Shown: positions 17,301-25,051 of the stretch, piece after piece
Numbering within the stretch: the first letter of the stretch is position 1
Layout: every line of letters begins with the position of its first letter
Assembly (NCBI GenBank): GCA_039806835.1
Contig: JBDHQD010000006.1
Span: 174,443-238,442, forward strand
Source of the DNA: Prosthecobacter sp.
GTDB taxonomy: Bacteria > Verrucomicrobiota > Verrucomicrobiia > Verrucomicrobiales > Verrucomicrobiaceae
DNA length: 64,000 bases
Direction of reading: 5' to 3'
Position numbers and translations under genes: made by a program
The notes under the pieces: generated by a model
Told to the model about the DNA's origin: nothing
Databases searched by the model: none
What the model saw: only the letters and a program-made list of their open reading frames with translations

Positions 17301-20300
17301 CGAGTTCCTTACGCTCCAGCCCAGGAGCGAAATCCAGTAGCGGCGCGAGGTCTCCCGTCGTGACACCGCCACTGCGGCGCGTGTTGGTCAGCGGCAGTGG
17401 GCTGCGGATGCCGACGGTGCTGGTGTGAGCATCCTGTTTCACCGGCGTAGCCAACACGGCCTGGAGGTGTTTTTCTGCCTCGGCTTCATCCACAAAGCGC
17501 AGACACTTCAAAGCCAGGCGAAGATGGGCGCGTCCGTCCCAGGCACGCACGCGGGCCATCTGCTCATACACCCGCCGCTCGGCTTCATCCTGGCCCGTGC
17601 TGTGGTAGTAGCCTGCCAGCTCCTCCAACGCGGGCGCGTCCTGGGCAAAGCGGCTCTCCAAGTGCCGCCGCACACGATCTGCCTCGGCGATTTGGAAAGT
17701 CTGCTCCAGCATTTCCACCAAGCGGCGCGTCTCCGCCGCGATGTCTTTGGGGCGTGCGGCAGCGGCGATTTGTTTTTGGAAATAAATCGCCGATTTGAGA
17801 TCGGACACCTTCAGTGCTGCGTCCCGGAGTTGATCGAGAGAGAAAGGCGTTTCAGGCGCGGTGTAATACGCCTGCCGCATGCTGGCAAAGGCGCGCGCTG
17901 GCTCCCCGCCGCGCTCATACACCTGCGCCAGTGCCTCGTGGAAGAAGCCATCGAAGGGATGCCGCCGCGAGCACTCCAGCAGCGCACGCTCCAGCAGTTT
18001 GAGGCGATCCCGTGCCACGCTCAGCGCCAGTTCACCTCCAGCCGTGTCGGAGAACGTCAGGCGGTCGATGCAGCGCCGCAGTTGCTCACGCCGACGTTTC
18101 ACATCCGTCTCGTTTTCCAGGATGCGCACCTGGATTTCCACATGCTCCGCGAGGCGATGCTGTTGGAGCAGGATTTCTGCAAAACTCTCCAACAGGGGCT
18201 GCGCTGCGGATCCGTCCACACGCTGGATCGCGCGTCGCCAGAGCGCGAGTGCGTCGTCCACACGCCGTTGCAAAAAGTACACTTTCGTCAAAGCGGAGAG
18301 CAGTTGTCCCGATTCAGGATTCTCGTGATACACGCGCTCCAGCAACTGCGCTGCGGCGACACCTGGCCGCGCAAAAGGAGTGTCGCTTTTCCAACCCGGG
18401 CTGCTGCTCTCTGCCTCAGCACGGCGTTCGGATTCCAACAGGGACTCCGCCAAGCGCAGCGTGTAGCGCACGCGCCCGGACGGATCGATCTCGGAGAGGT
18501 GGCGCAACTGCCGCTCTGCCAGCGCGGTATTCTCGTCTTCTTGAGCCAGATCCAGTTTCAACTGCTCCGTCGTCAGCGAGATGGGGCGGAGGGCTTGTGT
18601 GATGGGATCAAACTGCAACTTGCCAAGCAGTTCGTAGGCCTCAGCGAGTTGATGCGTGCGCAGTGCCCACCAAAAACCGCGGAAGAGATCCTCGGTGCGG
18701 GCACCTGCTTTGCGTGCGCTGGCGATCGTTTTGCGTGCAAACTCCAGCACGTTTTCCGCTGGCTTGTCCCGCTTGGGCCCGTCAGGAGCATCGCCACTGC
18801 CAAAGCCTGCGCCCGTGAATGCGTCGGGCAATTTGAAATCGCCTTCGGTCGCGTCCTTCGCTGGTGGTTTTTGATCGCCGGCCAGGATGGAAAGCAGGCA
18901 CTCATCCACATCCACGCGCTCTTCGTCATTCCGGCTGGCGTGCCATGCTTTATCCACCCACTGCGCGGCTTCCTCGCCTTCTCCTTGCTCTGCGAGCAGT
19001 TCAGCGAGGCGGATCCAGGCCTCGCGCCCAGCGCCCGGTCTGGCCACAGACTCGCGCGCGAGGATGATCGCGCTGTCGAGGTTGTTGCTGGCAGCGAGGA
19101 AGGTCGCTGCATCTGCCAAGCGCCGTTGCCGCTCATCCTCCGTCGCCGCGCTGTCGGTGAATGCGCGCAGCAGTCGATCCTCCGCTGCGAGGTCTCGCCG
19201 CGCGCGGAAGAAGGCCGCGAGATCGAACACTGCCTCCGCCTTGTGCGGGTCGCGCGCGACACGGGAGCGCAGGATTTGCTCCACCACGGCATCGAGTGAG
19301 CGCGTTTGTGCAAAGGTGAGCACCTGCTTCTCCACATCGGTAGAGAGTTGCGATTTCAGCAGTCGCAGCAGCCGCTCCACTGCGCGCTGCGGGCTACTGC
19401 TGCGCAGGTCTGCCTCACAGCGCAGCAGCACCAGCGCGGGGAGATCGGTGCCGTCGTTTTTGAGCCGCTCGTCCAGCAGTCGTGCGGCTTCTGCAGTGCC
19501 TTCGTGATCGAGCAGCACGCGCACCAGTTCCCAACGGTAGTCTTCGGCCTGCGGCATCACTTTCACCAGCTCGCGCAGCCAATGAATCTGCTCATCGGCC
19601 TCCACGGTGAGCTCAAAAAATCGCGAAGCATTGAGCAATGCCTGCTCTGCGGGCGGAATGGCCTGTGCGGCGGTGAGCAATTCTTTGCGCAAGCTCTCTA
19701 GTGCTCCGAAGCGCTCATGGAGGCGCACGCGGCGGCGGAAAAACTCGAGGTAGCGACCGTCGCGGAAATGCAGCAGTGCCAGGCCCTCTTTCAGTGCCTG
19801 ATCTGCCTTGGTAAACTGATCCGCGAGTTCGTAGATGCGCGCCAGTTCGTGCAGTGCATCCAGCCGCTGCTGAGGATCTTTCTGCGTGGCCAGTTGAGTG
19901 AAGAATGCTGCCGCGCGTTCTGGAGAACCGGCTTGCAACAGGAGTTGAGCGACTTCACGCGCGAGGTCGATGTCCTGCGGTCTGAGCTTGGCGGCGCGTT
20001 CATAGGCATCCACCGCCTCGGCATTCTTTCCTGCGGTGAGTGCCATGCTGCCGAGCTCGATCCACAGGCGCGGCGCGTGTGCGTCTGTCGCGGGTGCCAG
20101 CTCTGCGGCCTTCCGCAACAGGGTGAGTGCTGTCGCGGTGTCCGCCATCTCGCGCGCCACAGCGGCACGTGCTTCCAGCAGCGTGAGGTTGGCGGCGTCA
20201 CGCGCGAGCAGCGCATCATAAAGCTGTGCCGCTTTTTTTAAGTCGCCGCTCTTTCGCACCAAGTGCGCTTCCACCAGTTTGACGGCGGGGAAGTTCGAGG

Positions 20301-20592
20301 CGGCTGCTTGCTGTGACACATTTTCCACCAGCAGGCGCGTCGCGTCATGTTTCTCATACAGCGTCCAGAGCAGATCGAGTACGCGCCCATACTCTGGCTG
20401 TTGGACGAGGAGGGAGAGGTATTCGTTGGCCAGCCGCGTCTCACGCTCGGACCACGCTTTATCCTCCGCCTGTCCCTGCGCATGCCATAGCCATGCCGCC
20501 GCCAACACCCCGAGGAGGCGCGTGCAGCGTGACAACTGGCCCGTCGATCCTAGCATAAGACTTTGTGGTGGAGCATAGCCGCAGTTGCTCAC
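14371..20592 (-). CDS. Giant (about 2070 aa) secreted all-helical TPR-like repeat protein
   Basis: Uninterrupted 6.2-kb ORF. The N-terminus has a signal-like LLGVLAAAWLWHAQGQA. The sequence is dominated by Ala/Leu/Arg/Glu helical repeats with TPR-like spacing. An alternative start is ATG 20556 (MLGSTGQ...). Confidence 0.85.
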   Translation of the reverse strand: MSNCGYAPPQSLMLGSTGQLSRCTRLLGVLAAAWLWHAQGQAEDKAWSERETRLANEYLSLLVQQPEYGRVLDLLWTLYEKHDATRLLVENVSQQAAASNFPAVKLVEAHLVRKSGDLKKAAQLYDALLARDAANLTLLEARAAVAREMADTATALTLLRKAAELAPATDAHAPRLWIELGSMALTAGKNAEAVDAYERAAKLRPQDIDLAREVAQLLLQAGSPERAAAFFTQLATQKDPQQRLDALHELARIYELADQFTKADQALKEGLALLHFRDGRYLEFFRRRVRLHERFGALESLRKELLTAAQAIPPAEQALLNASRFFELTVEADEQIHWLRELVKVMPQAEDYRWELVRVLLDHEGTAEAARLLDERLKNDGTDLPALVLLRCEADLRSSSPQRAVERLLRLLKSQLSTDVEKQVLTFAQTRSLDAVVEQILRSRVARDPHKAEAVFDLAAFFRARRDLAAEDRLLRAFTDSAATEDERQRRLADAATFLAASNNLDSAIILARESVARPGAGREAWIRLAELLAEQGEGEEAAQWVDKAWHASRNDEERVDVDECLLSILAGDQKPPAKDATEGDFKLPDAFTGAGFGSGDAPDGPKRDKPAENVLEFARKTIASARKAGARTEDLFRGFWWALRTHQLAEAYELLGKLQFDPITQALRPISLTTEQLKLDLAQEDENTALAERQLRHLSEIDPSGRVRYTLRLAESLLESERRAEAESSSPGWKSDTPFARPGVAAAQLLERVYHENPESGQLLSALTKVYFLQRRVDDALALWRRAIQRVDGSAAQPLLESFAEILLQQHRLAEHVEIQVRILENETDVKRRREQLRRCIDRLTFSDTAGGELALSVARDRLKLLERALLECSRRHPFDGFFHEALAQVYERGGEPARAFASMRQAYYTAPETPFSLDQLRDAALKVSDLKSAIYFQKQIAAAARPKDIAAETRRLVEMLEQTFQIAEADRVRRHLESRFAQDAPALEELAGYYHSTGQDEAERRVYEQMARVRAWDGRAHLRLALKCLRFVDEAEAEKHLQAVLATPVKQDAHTSTVGIRSPLPLTNTRRSGGVTTGDLAPLLDFAPGLERKELDQLRAFLGQPRAEFTELPDDAAIVRLRAIEELAKLRRAHGGEALAAWIKQWRDDRKVSAVEKLWALYYAGAGVEFRAVLKQVLPETKALEEQFCFVWLSLRSHGMQEVVTWAGEKGWSAEVTKSRAELLQACASMLCDVADFRYHSDDLQVLGESRVLRNPALLELTRKLQDKQRYDEALALGGCLPRLAPEMEADYSLFLAPIAESAERWDLARRYLEAALRGPVAAGNYRTTYDPFLLSLVSLSRMANSAQQREEALRQAWRRLQSTRPSAMTAIRRAAVAGLAGADAKAAGTLGNFLSGPFVAQREMHDVKGNLLPQGSSRYEEPMHLRSYWEETREIEALLTQQGLSAVVSGANATLATHHGASMLSPRSDSEFGEWRINELLNRLRYVDHPTRLRLIREHLASVDLRTEHSVDTLGNLGSRLESAGMARAAIGVYRQLPSRAPSNPEYAQWVLRSTETAMEIEPGLSFVLQLLLAEPPMKPPQPSDDTLREKHAMFLAWDFNVDELRRRGFREPFSQVLERRRPHEVSYLRELGLLQERMHDDKAALSAWDRLHAAYVANDQLGTDLDIEAALHRGQILHRLNQPTAALKILRDVPLAEPLDPTAQEVLKLRCELAAAASDAGEVRALMTLCVERKSLPCVVALGAGLRAQKRTTEALNLLTQAERTLHGDHERFTLRLEQLKVLDADAAWTPQRGRAQIAALFRTTTRDPATLKDMHAWLSERAHGPHATGWAAILRTEARAGADRPLAALALSAFTSLLPATAHEDFMTAWQQAEEKDRQCIELAAAEMLKQNRATWAWDACQVIARIPTLREQGRKIPLTVRVAHALGDNAAVRELFNETLRLPFPGGVQTVEWARAFEETGHLEFARELLDAATQRLDDTSTLQPELFAEQARFLIRRQAYEAAETLLIRRNWAMPALTAKLIFELYQSWGRLAGIEAELPKFHLPGAVLKETLFLARQATTQSVRP

Positions 20593-20681
20593 GCCGCCAA
20601 GCAGTGAGCGCAGGGTGGTGCTTTTGTCAGCGAAAGCCCCGCCTTGCGCTGGAGGGCAGACGTGGCTACGCTGCGCGCCAC

Positions 20682-21161
20682 ATGGACGAACGGATCACCC
20701 AACGCCTGGACGAGCATCTGGCCAGCCAGGGGCTGCGCCGCACCAAGCAGCGCGACGTTATTGTCGAGGCAGCTTTTGCCACGGACGAGCATTTCAAAGC
20801 GGAAGACCTGCTGGAAAAAGCCCGCAGGCTCGATGGCTCAGTGTCGCGCGCGACGGTCTATCGTACGCTGTCCCTGTTGGTGGAGTGTGGACTGCTGCGG
20901 GAGGTCGATCTGGGACGCGATCAGACGTATTACGATCCGAACTTCCTCGATAAGCCGCAGCACAATCACCTGATCTGCCTGGACTGTGATCGCGTGGTGG
21001 AATTTGAAGACGAGCACACGGCACTGTTGCATGACTGCATCACCCGCCGTCTGGGTTTCCAGCCCAGCATGAAAAGCATGCGCATCGAGGCGCATTGCGA
21101 TGAATTCCGCCGCCTCGGTAAATGCGCTCACCGAGACGCGCGGATGGCGGCTGCGAGTTGA
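20682..21161 (+). CDS. Fur-family metal/peroxide-responsive transcriptional regulator
   Basis: Winged-helix region RRTKQRDVIVEAAF...VSRATVYRTLSLLVECGLL. Metal-site region HNHLICLDCDRVVEFED. Start placed at MDERITQRL (20682); the track ORF starts at 20565. Confidence 0.85.
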   Translation: MDERITQRLDEHLASQGLRRTKQRDVIVEAAFATDEHFKAEDLLEKARRLDGSVSRATVYRTLSLLVECGLLREVDLGRDQTYYDPNFLDKPQHNHLICLDCDRVVEFEDEHTALLHDCITRRLGFQPSMKSMRIEAHCDEFRRLGKCAHRDARMAAAS

Positions 21162-21176
21162 GAGGCGGCACCTCTG

Positions 21177-23063
21177 TCAGGCTCTGCGCCAGCGCTGGAA
21201 TGTCTCGATCGCTTCGTATTCAGCGAGGCCGATCGCGTCATAGAGGCGGGCATTTTCCCGGCTGATTTCAGGTGCTTCTTTCTCCAGCGAGGACAGCGCG
21301 CTGTAGCGTGAGAGGGAATTGGCTTTCCTTTCGAGCTGCAGCGGGCTCATCGGGATGGCCATGTCGATCTCGTGCAGTTCCAGAGGTCGTTCTTTGCCAC
21401 GATAGAGCCACACACTGCATGCTCCGGCAAATTCTTCGCCACCACAGGCGTGCAGTGCAGCCACCAGTAGGCGGAAGCAAATGCCGGCGACGCTCGACGG
21501 ATCCGCAGCGTCTCCGGTGATGTAGATTTGATGCGGTTTGTGCTCCAGCAGGAGGTGGGCCAGCGCATCGATGTCGGCTTGCGTGCTCTTGAAGCGGCGA
21601 TAGCGGCCTTCTTCGTAGAACGGCAGATCGAGGAAAGTCACGCGGTCGCCAGTCACGCCGACAGTGTGGGCGGCGTCGCGCAGTTCACCGCGCAGGATGA
21701 GTCCCTTGAGCTGGCGCAGCAGCGGTGTGTCCTCGCCGAATTCGCCTTTGGCTTCGAGCATGGCCAGTGCTTCGCGAGCGTAGGCCACCTGGGCACTCCA
21801 GGCATTCGGCTCCGTCGCATTGGAGGCCAGTTCCAGCAGCGTCCCGGCGAATTTGTCGGCACCACTGTCTGGCACGCGCAGGCTGCCAGAAGTCATCGCG
21901 ATGAGGCGCACGTCATGTCCTTGCTCCACCAGTCGGTCGATCGTGCCGCCCATGCCCACCACGGCGTCCTGTGGCTCGGGGCTGAAGACGAGGCAGCGCT
22001 TCGGGTACGGACGTGCGCGTTCGGGGCGGTAGGTGTCGTCTTCATCGGGTTTGCCTCCTGGCCAGCCGGTGATGGTGTGCTGGAGTTGGTTGAAGATGCG
22101 GATATTCAACTGGTAGGCTGGTCCTTGCTCGGAGAGCAGATCGGAGAGGCCGTTTTCGTTGTAGTGCTCATCGACCAGTTTCAATACCGGGCGCTTCACT
22201 TTGAACGCCTGCCACACCATCGCGCGGCGTGTCTCACGCGGAGTCCACGATGTCGGCCCCACGAGCCATGGCAACTTGATGCGCGTGAGTTCGCGCGATG
22301 CGCCAGTGTCGATGAAAAAGCGGGCGTCCGCGTGGTCTTGCAGGAACGAAGCAGAGACGGCCTCCGTCATCGGGCCCTCCACGGCTTTTGCCACCATCGC
22401 GGCTTTGTTTTCTCCCCAGGCCATCAGCACGAGTTTTTTCGCGCGCAGGATCGTGCCGACGCCCATCGTGATGGCGAAGTGCGGTACGTTTTGCTCACCG
22501 CGGAAATCGCTCGCGGCGTCCTGGCGCGTCACACGATCCAGCGTGATGCGGCGTGTGGCGGAGTCTCGGCTCGATCCCGGTTCGTTGAAGCCGATGTGGC
22601 CGGTGCGTCCGATGCCGAGAATCTGGAGGTCGATGCCGCCGACGCTGGCGATTTTTTCCTCATAATCGCGGCAGTGGGCGAATACCTGATCTCCCGGCAC
22701 GGTGCCACTGGGGATGTTGATGTTTGCCTTCGGGATGTCGATGTGATCAAACAACTGCTCCGCCATGAAGCGCGCGTAGCTCTCGGGGTGATCGGCGCTG
22801 AGGCCGTAGTATTCATCGAGGTTGAAAGTGATGACGTTTTTAAAGCTCAGCCGCTCTTCTTTGTGGAGGCGGATCAGTTCACGGTAAAACGGTACCGGCG
22901 TCGAGCCTGTGGCCATGCCCAGCACGGCAGGCTTGCCCGCTTTGTTTTGCGTTTCGATCAGCTTCCGCACCTCCTGTGCCAGTGCCTTGGCGGCGGCGGC
23001 TGAGTCAGGGAAAATGGAGGTCGGGACTTTCTCGTAGGCTTCGGCAGCAGGGCGGATGGACAT
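21177..23063 (-). CDS. nagB: Long-form glucosamine-6-phosphate deaminase (NagB domain + C-terminal LmbE/PIG-L-like domain)
   Basis: N-terminal NagB motifs VLGMATGSTPVPFY, FNLDEYYG and GIGRTGHIGFNEPGS. The C-terminal half resembles the LmbE fold (VFSPEPQDAVVGMGGTIDRLVEQGHDVRLIAMTSG). Start placed at MSIRPAAEAY (23063). Confidence 0.85.
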   Translation of the reverse strand: MSIRPAAEAYEKVPTSIFPDSAAAAKALAQEVRKLIETQNKAGKPAVLGMATGSTPVPFYRELIRLHKEERLSFKNVITFNLDEYYGLSADHPESYARFMAEQLFDHIDIPKANINIPSGTVPGDQVFAHCRDYEEKIASVGGIDLQILGIGRTGHIGFNEPGSSRDSATRRITLDRVTRQDAASDFRGEQNVPHFAITMGVGTILRAKKLVLMAWGENKAAMVAKAVEGPMTEAVSASFLQDHADARFFIDTGASRELTRIKLPWLVGPTSWTPRETRRAMVWQAFKVKRPVLKLVDEHYNENGLSDLLSEQGPAYQLNIRIFNQLQHTITGWPGGKPDEDDTYRPERARPYPKRCLVFSPEPQDAVVGMGGTIDRLVEQGHDVRLIAMTSGSLRVPDSGADKFAGTLLELASNATEPNAWSAQVAYAREALAMLEAKGEFGEDTPLLRQLKGLILRGELRDAAHTVGVTGDRVTFLDLPFYEEGRYRRFKSTQADIDALAHLLLEHKPHQIYITGDAADPSSVAGICFRLLVAALHACGGEEFAGACSVWLYRGKERPLELHEIDMAIPMSPLQLERKANSLSRYSALSSLEKEAPEISRENARLYDAIGLAEYEAIETFQRWRRA

Positions 23064-23190
23064 GGTGGTTGGCTTGGGCGTGTGCGAAGAAGACGCGGAA
23101 TGCCGAGCACGCAACCCGCTTTCCATCCGCGGATCGATCTTCGCGCGGAAAATCCATCACAGGGCGGGTGAGAGCGTCATCAAGTGCGCC

Positions 23191-23763
23191 TCAGCGTGAA
23201 GGGTAGCCCGCTGGCGGTGGTGGCAAACCACTCGGCGGTGCCGATGTGCCGTAACCTGCGGGTGGAGCTCCATAGCTCGCCGGCGGTGCTCCGTAATTCG
23301 CAGCAGGTGCTCCGTAGCCGTAGCCAGCGGATGGCGCACCGTAGCTTGCGGGTGCCGGACTGGGCGCATTCTGTCGGAAGCCGCTGTTGCTGGCCTGGCC
23401 GGGGATCGTTTTGGCGGACACCGTCACATCAGCCATCTGCATGTAGGGGATGTGGAGGTACTCCGCCGCTGCGCGTGAGAGATTGATGACGCGCCCAGGA
23501 TAATTGGGGAAGCGGTCATTGACGATCACCTTCACCGAGCGGCCATTGATGTGATTTTTCACTTTGACCTCGGTGCCGAATGGCAGGGTGTTGTGTGCGG
23601 CAGTCCACCCCTGAGGCGAGTAAATCTGACCGGAGGAAGTCATGCGCCCCGCGTACATCTCCGCGATGTAAGAGGCATAGCCGCGTGCCTCATACGCAGG
23701 TCTGGCGCAGCTCGCAAGCAAGGCCAGTGTGATCGCGACAAGAGAACGGAAGGCGTGCTTCAT
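23191..23763 (-). CDS. rlpA: RlpA-family (double-psi beta-barrel) septal lytic transglycosylase-like lipoprotein
   Basis: Signal/lipobox LALLASC. DPBB core GRMTSSGQIYSPQGWTAAHNTLPFGTEVKVKNHINGRSVKVIVNDRFP. The C-terminal tail is a YG/AP repeat. Confidence 0.85.
   Translation of the reverse strand: MKHAFRSLVAITLALLASCARPAYEARGYASYIAEMYAGRMTSSGQIYSPQGWTAAHNTLPFGTEVKVKNHINGRSVKVIVNDRFPNYPGRVINLSRAAAEYLHIPYMQMADVTVSAKTIPGQASNSGFRQNAPSPAPASYGAPSAGYGYGAPAANYGAPPASYGAPPAGYGTSAPPSGLPPPPAGYPSR
23194..23355 (-). repeat. In-frame low-complexity tandem repeat encoding (A/P)xxYG units in the RlpA tail
   Basis: Encoded tail: APASYGAPSAGYGYGAPAANYGAPPASYGAPPAGYGTSAPPSGLPPPPAGYPSR. The DNA shows reiterated GTAGC/CGTAGCC/GGTGC units. 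Confidence 0.6.
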
Positions 23764-23946
23764 GGAAAAATAATGCCCACGGTGGCGGGATGCCGTGGCG
23801 GTGGGTGTTTACGATGAATTGGCGGGCAGGGCAAGCGAGCTTTGGGCGGCGCATGAGTTCTCGCCGGCATTCTGCGCACGCGTTTTGCTTTGATGGGAAA
23901 AACAAAAACTTCCCCACGCGCGTCGCGTTTGGTACAACCGCATCCT

Positions 23947-24927
23947 ATGAACACGCATCCCACTCAACTGTCACGCCGTGACCTTCTCTCCCGCAGTGTG
24001 CAGGCGGCTGCTGCGGGCTTGCTCGGCCCCGTGCTCGCGGCGGAAAAAAAGACCGCCACTTCAGAAACGCTCGTCCAGCAACTCTACGGCAGCATGGACG
24101 AAGCTCAGCGCACGGCGCTCTGCCTTCCCTGGAATCATCCCCGCCGTCTGAAAGTGGACAACAACTGGCACATCACACCGCAGAAAATCCGCGACGTGCT
24201 CAAGCCCGACCAACAGGATCTCGTGCGGCAGATTTTCGACAAGCTGCATAGCGATGAGTACAAATCCGAGGTGTGGCGGCAGTTCGACCACGATAACAAA
24301 GGCGACGGCGGCTTTGGCAGCGCCTCGATTGCGATCTTTGGCCAGCCTGGCAGCGGTCAGTTTGAGTTTGTGCTGACCGGGCGTCACTGCACCCGCCGCT
24401 GCGATGGAGATAGCGAGCAGGGCGCAGCATTCGGCGGCCCCATTTTCTACGGCCATGCCGCGCAAGGCTTCAATGAAAAGCCCAATCATCCGGGCAATGC
24501 CTACTGGTACCAGGCCAAGCGCGCGAATGAAGTTTTTCTGGCGCTCGACGGCAAACAGCGCAGCCTGGCACTGCTGGATGAATCACGCGATGAGGATGGC
24601 AACGACACGGTGAAGCTCACGGGAAAAACCAAAGGGCTCGAAGGCATTCCGATGACGGAGCTCAGCGCGGATCAGAAAGACTTGGTGCGCAAGGTTATTG
24701 CGGATTTGTTGAAGCCCTTTCGCCGCGCCGAGCGTGAGGAGTCGATGAAGTACATCGAGGCCGGTGGTTTTGATCATCTGCACATGGCGTTCTTCAAAAA
24801 TCAGGATGTCGGCAAAGATGGTGTTTGGGATGTCTGGCAGATCGAAGGCCCGAACATGGTTTGGTTCTTCCGCGGCGATCCGCATGTCCATTGCTGGGCG
24901 CATATCCGCGCGCCAAAGCAGGCATAA
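23947..24927 (+). CDS. TAT-signal secreted protein, DUF3500-like
   Basis: Twin-arginine-like N-terminus MNTHPTQLSRRDLLSRSVQAAAAGLLGP. The size and the IAIFGQPGSGQFEFVLTGRH region resemble my memory of DUF3500; this is unverified. Start placed at 23947 (the track ORF starts at 23890). Confidence 0.6.
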   Translation: MNTHPTQLSRRDLLSRSVQAAAAGLLGPVLAAEKKTATSETLVQQLYGSMDEAQRTALCLPWNHPRRLKVDNNWHITPQKIRDVLKPDQQDLVRQIFDKLHSDEYKSEVWRQFDHDNKGDGGFGSASIAIFGQPGSGQFEFVLTGRHCTRRCDGDSEQGAAFGGPIFYGHAAQGFNEKPNHPGNAYWYQAKRANEVFLALDGKQRSLALLDESRDEDGNDTVKLTGKTKGLEGIPMTELSADQKDLVRKVIADLLKPFRRAEREESMKYIEAGGFDHLHMAFFKNQDVGKDGVWDVWQIEGPNMVWFFRGDPHVHCWAHIRAPKQA

Positions 24928-25051
24928 CCGGCCTCACTTCCATCTCACCAAAAGAATCGCGAATGGCGCGAAGCGCGGTGACTCGCCTTTCCACAGGGAA
25001 AGCGCAGTTCTGCGCTCGAATTGCTCTGGCGGAGGCGTATTGCACTTCCGC

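Noticed and set aside
17425-19299. 624-aa ORF on the plus strand, plus other plus-strand ORFs between 14356 and 20578
   Set aside because: All are antisense to the uninterrupted 6.2-kb TPR gene. They are Arg/Cys/His/Gln-rich with no motifs. Stop-codon depletion on the opposite strand of a GC-rich gene explains them.
20557-20681. Fur box in the Fur / giant-TPR divergent region
   Set aside because: No AT-rich GATAATGATAATCATTATC-like 19-mer is present and the region is GC-rich. Only a 6-bp inverted repeat (GCTCAC-N11-GTGAGC) was seen, which is too short to call an operator without data.
21528-23003. 491-aa ORF on the plus strand
   Set aside because: It is antisense to the long nagB gene, which carries clear NagB motifs. 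No recognisable domain.
24764-25051. N-terminal extensions of track ORFs. This one is on the LamG protein. Others are 20565-20681, 23064-23126, 23890-23946, 42825-42938, 42849-42917, 43721-43831, 44353-44541, 49887-49934 and 55177-55266.
   Set aside because: In each case an internal ATG is followed immediately by a signal peptide or by the conserved N-terminus of the family. The extension overlaps a neighbouring gene or is Arg/Cys-rich. They are treated as stop-free upstream sequence, not coding.
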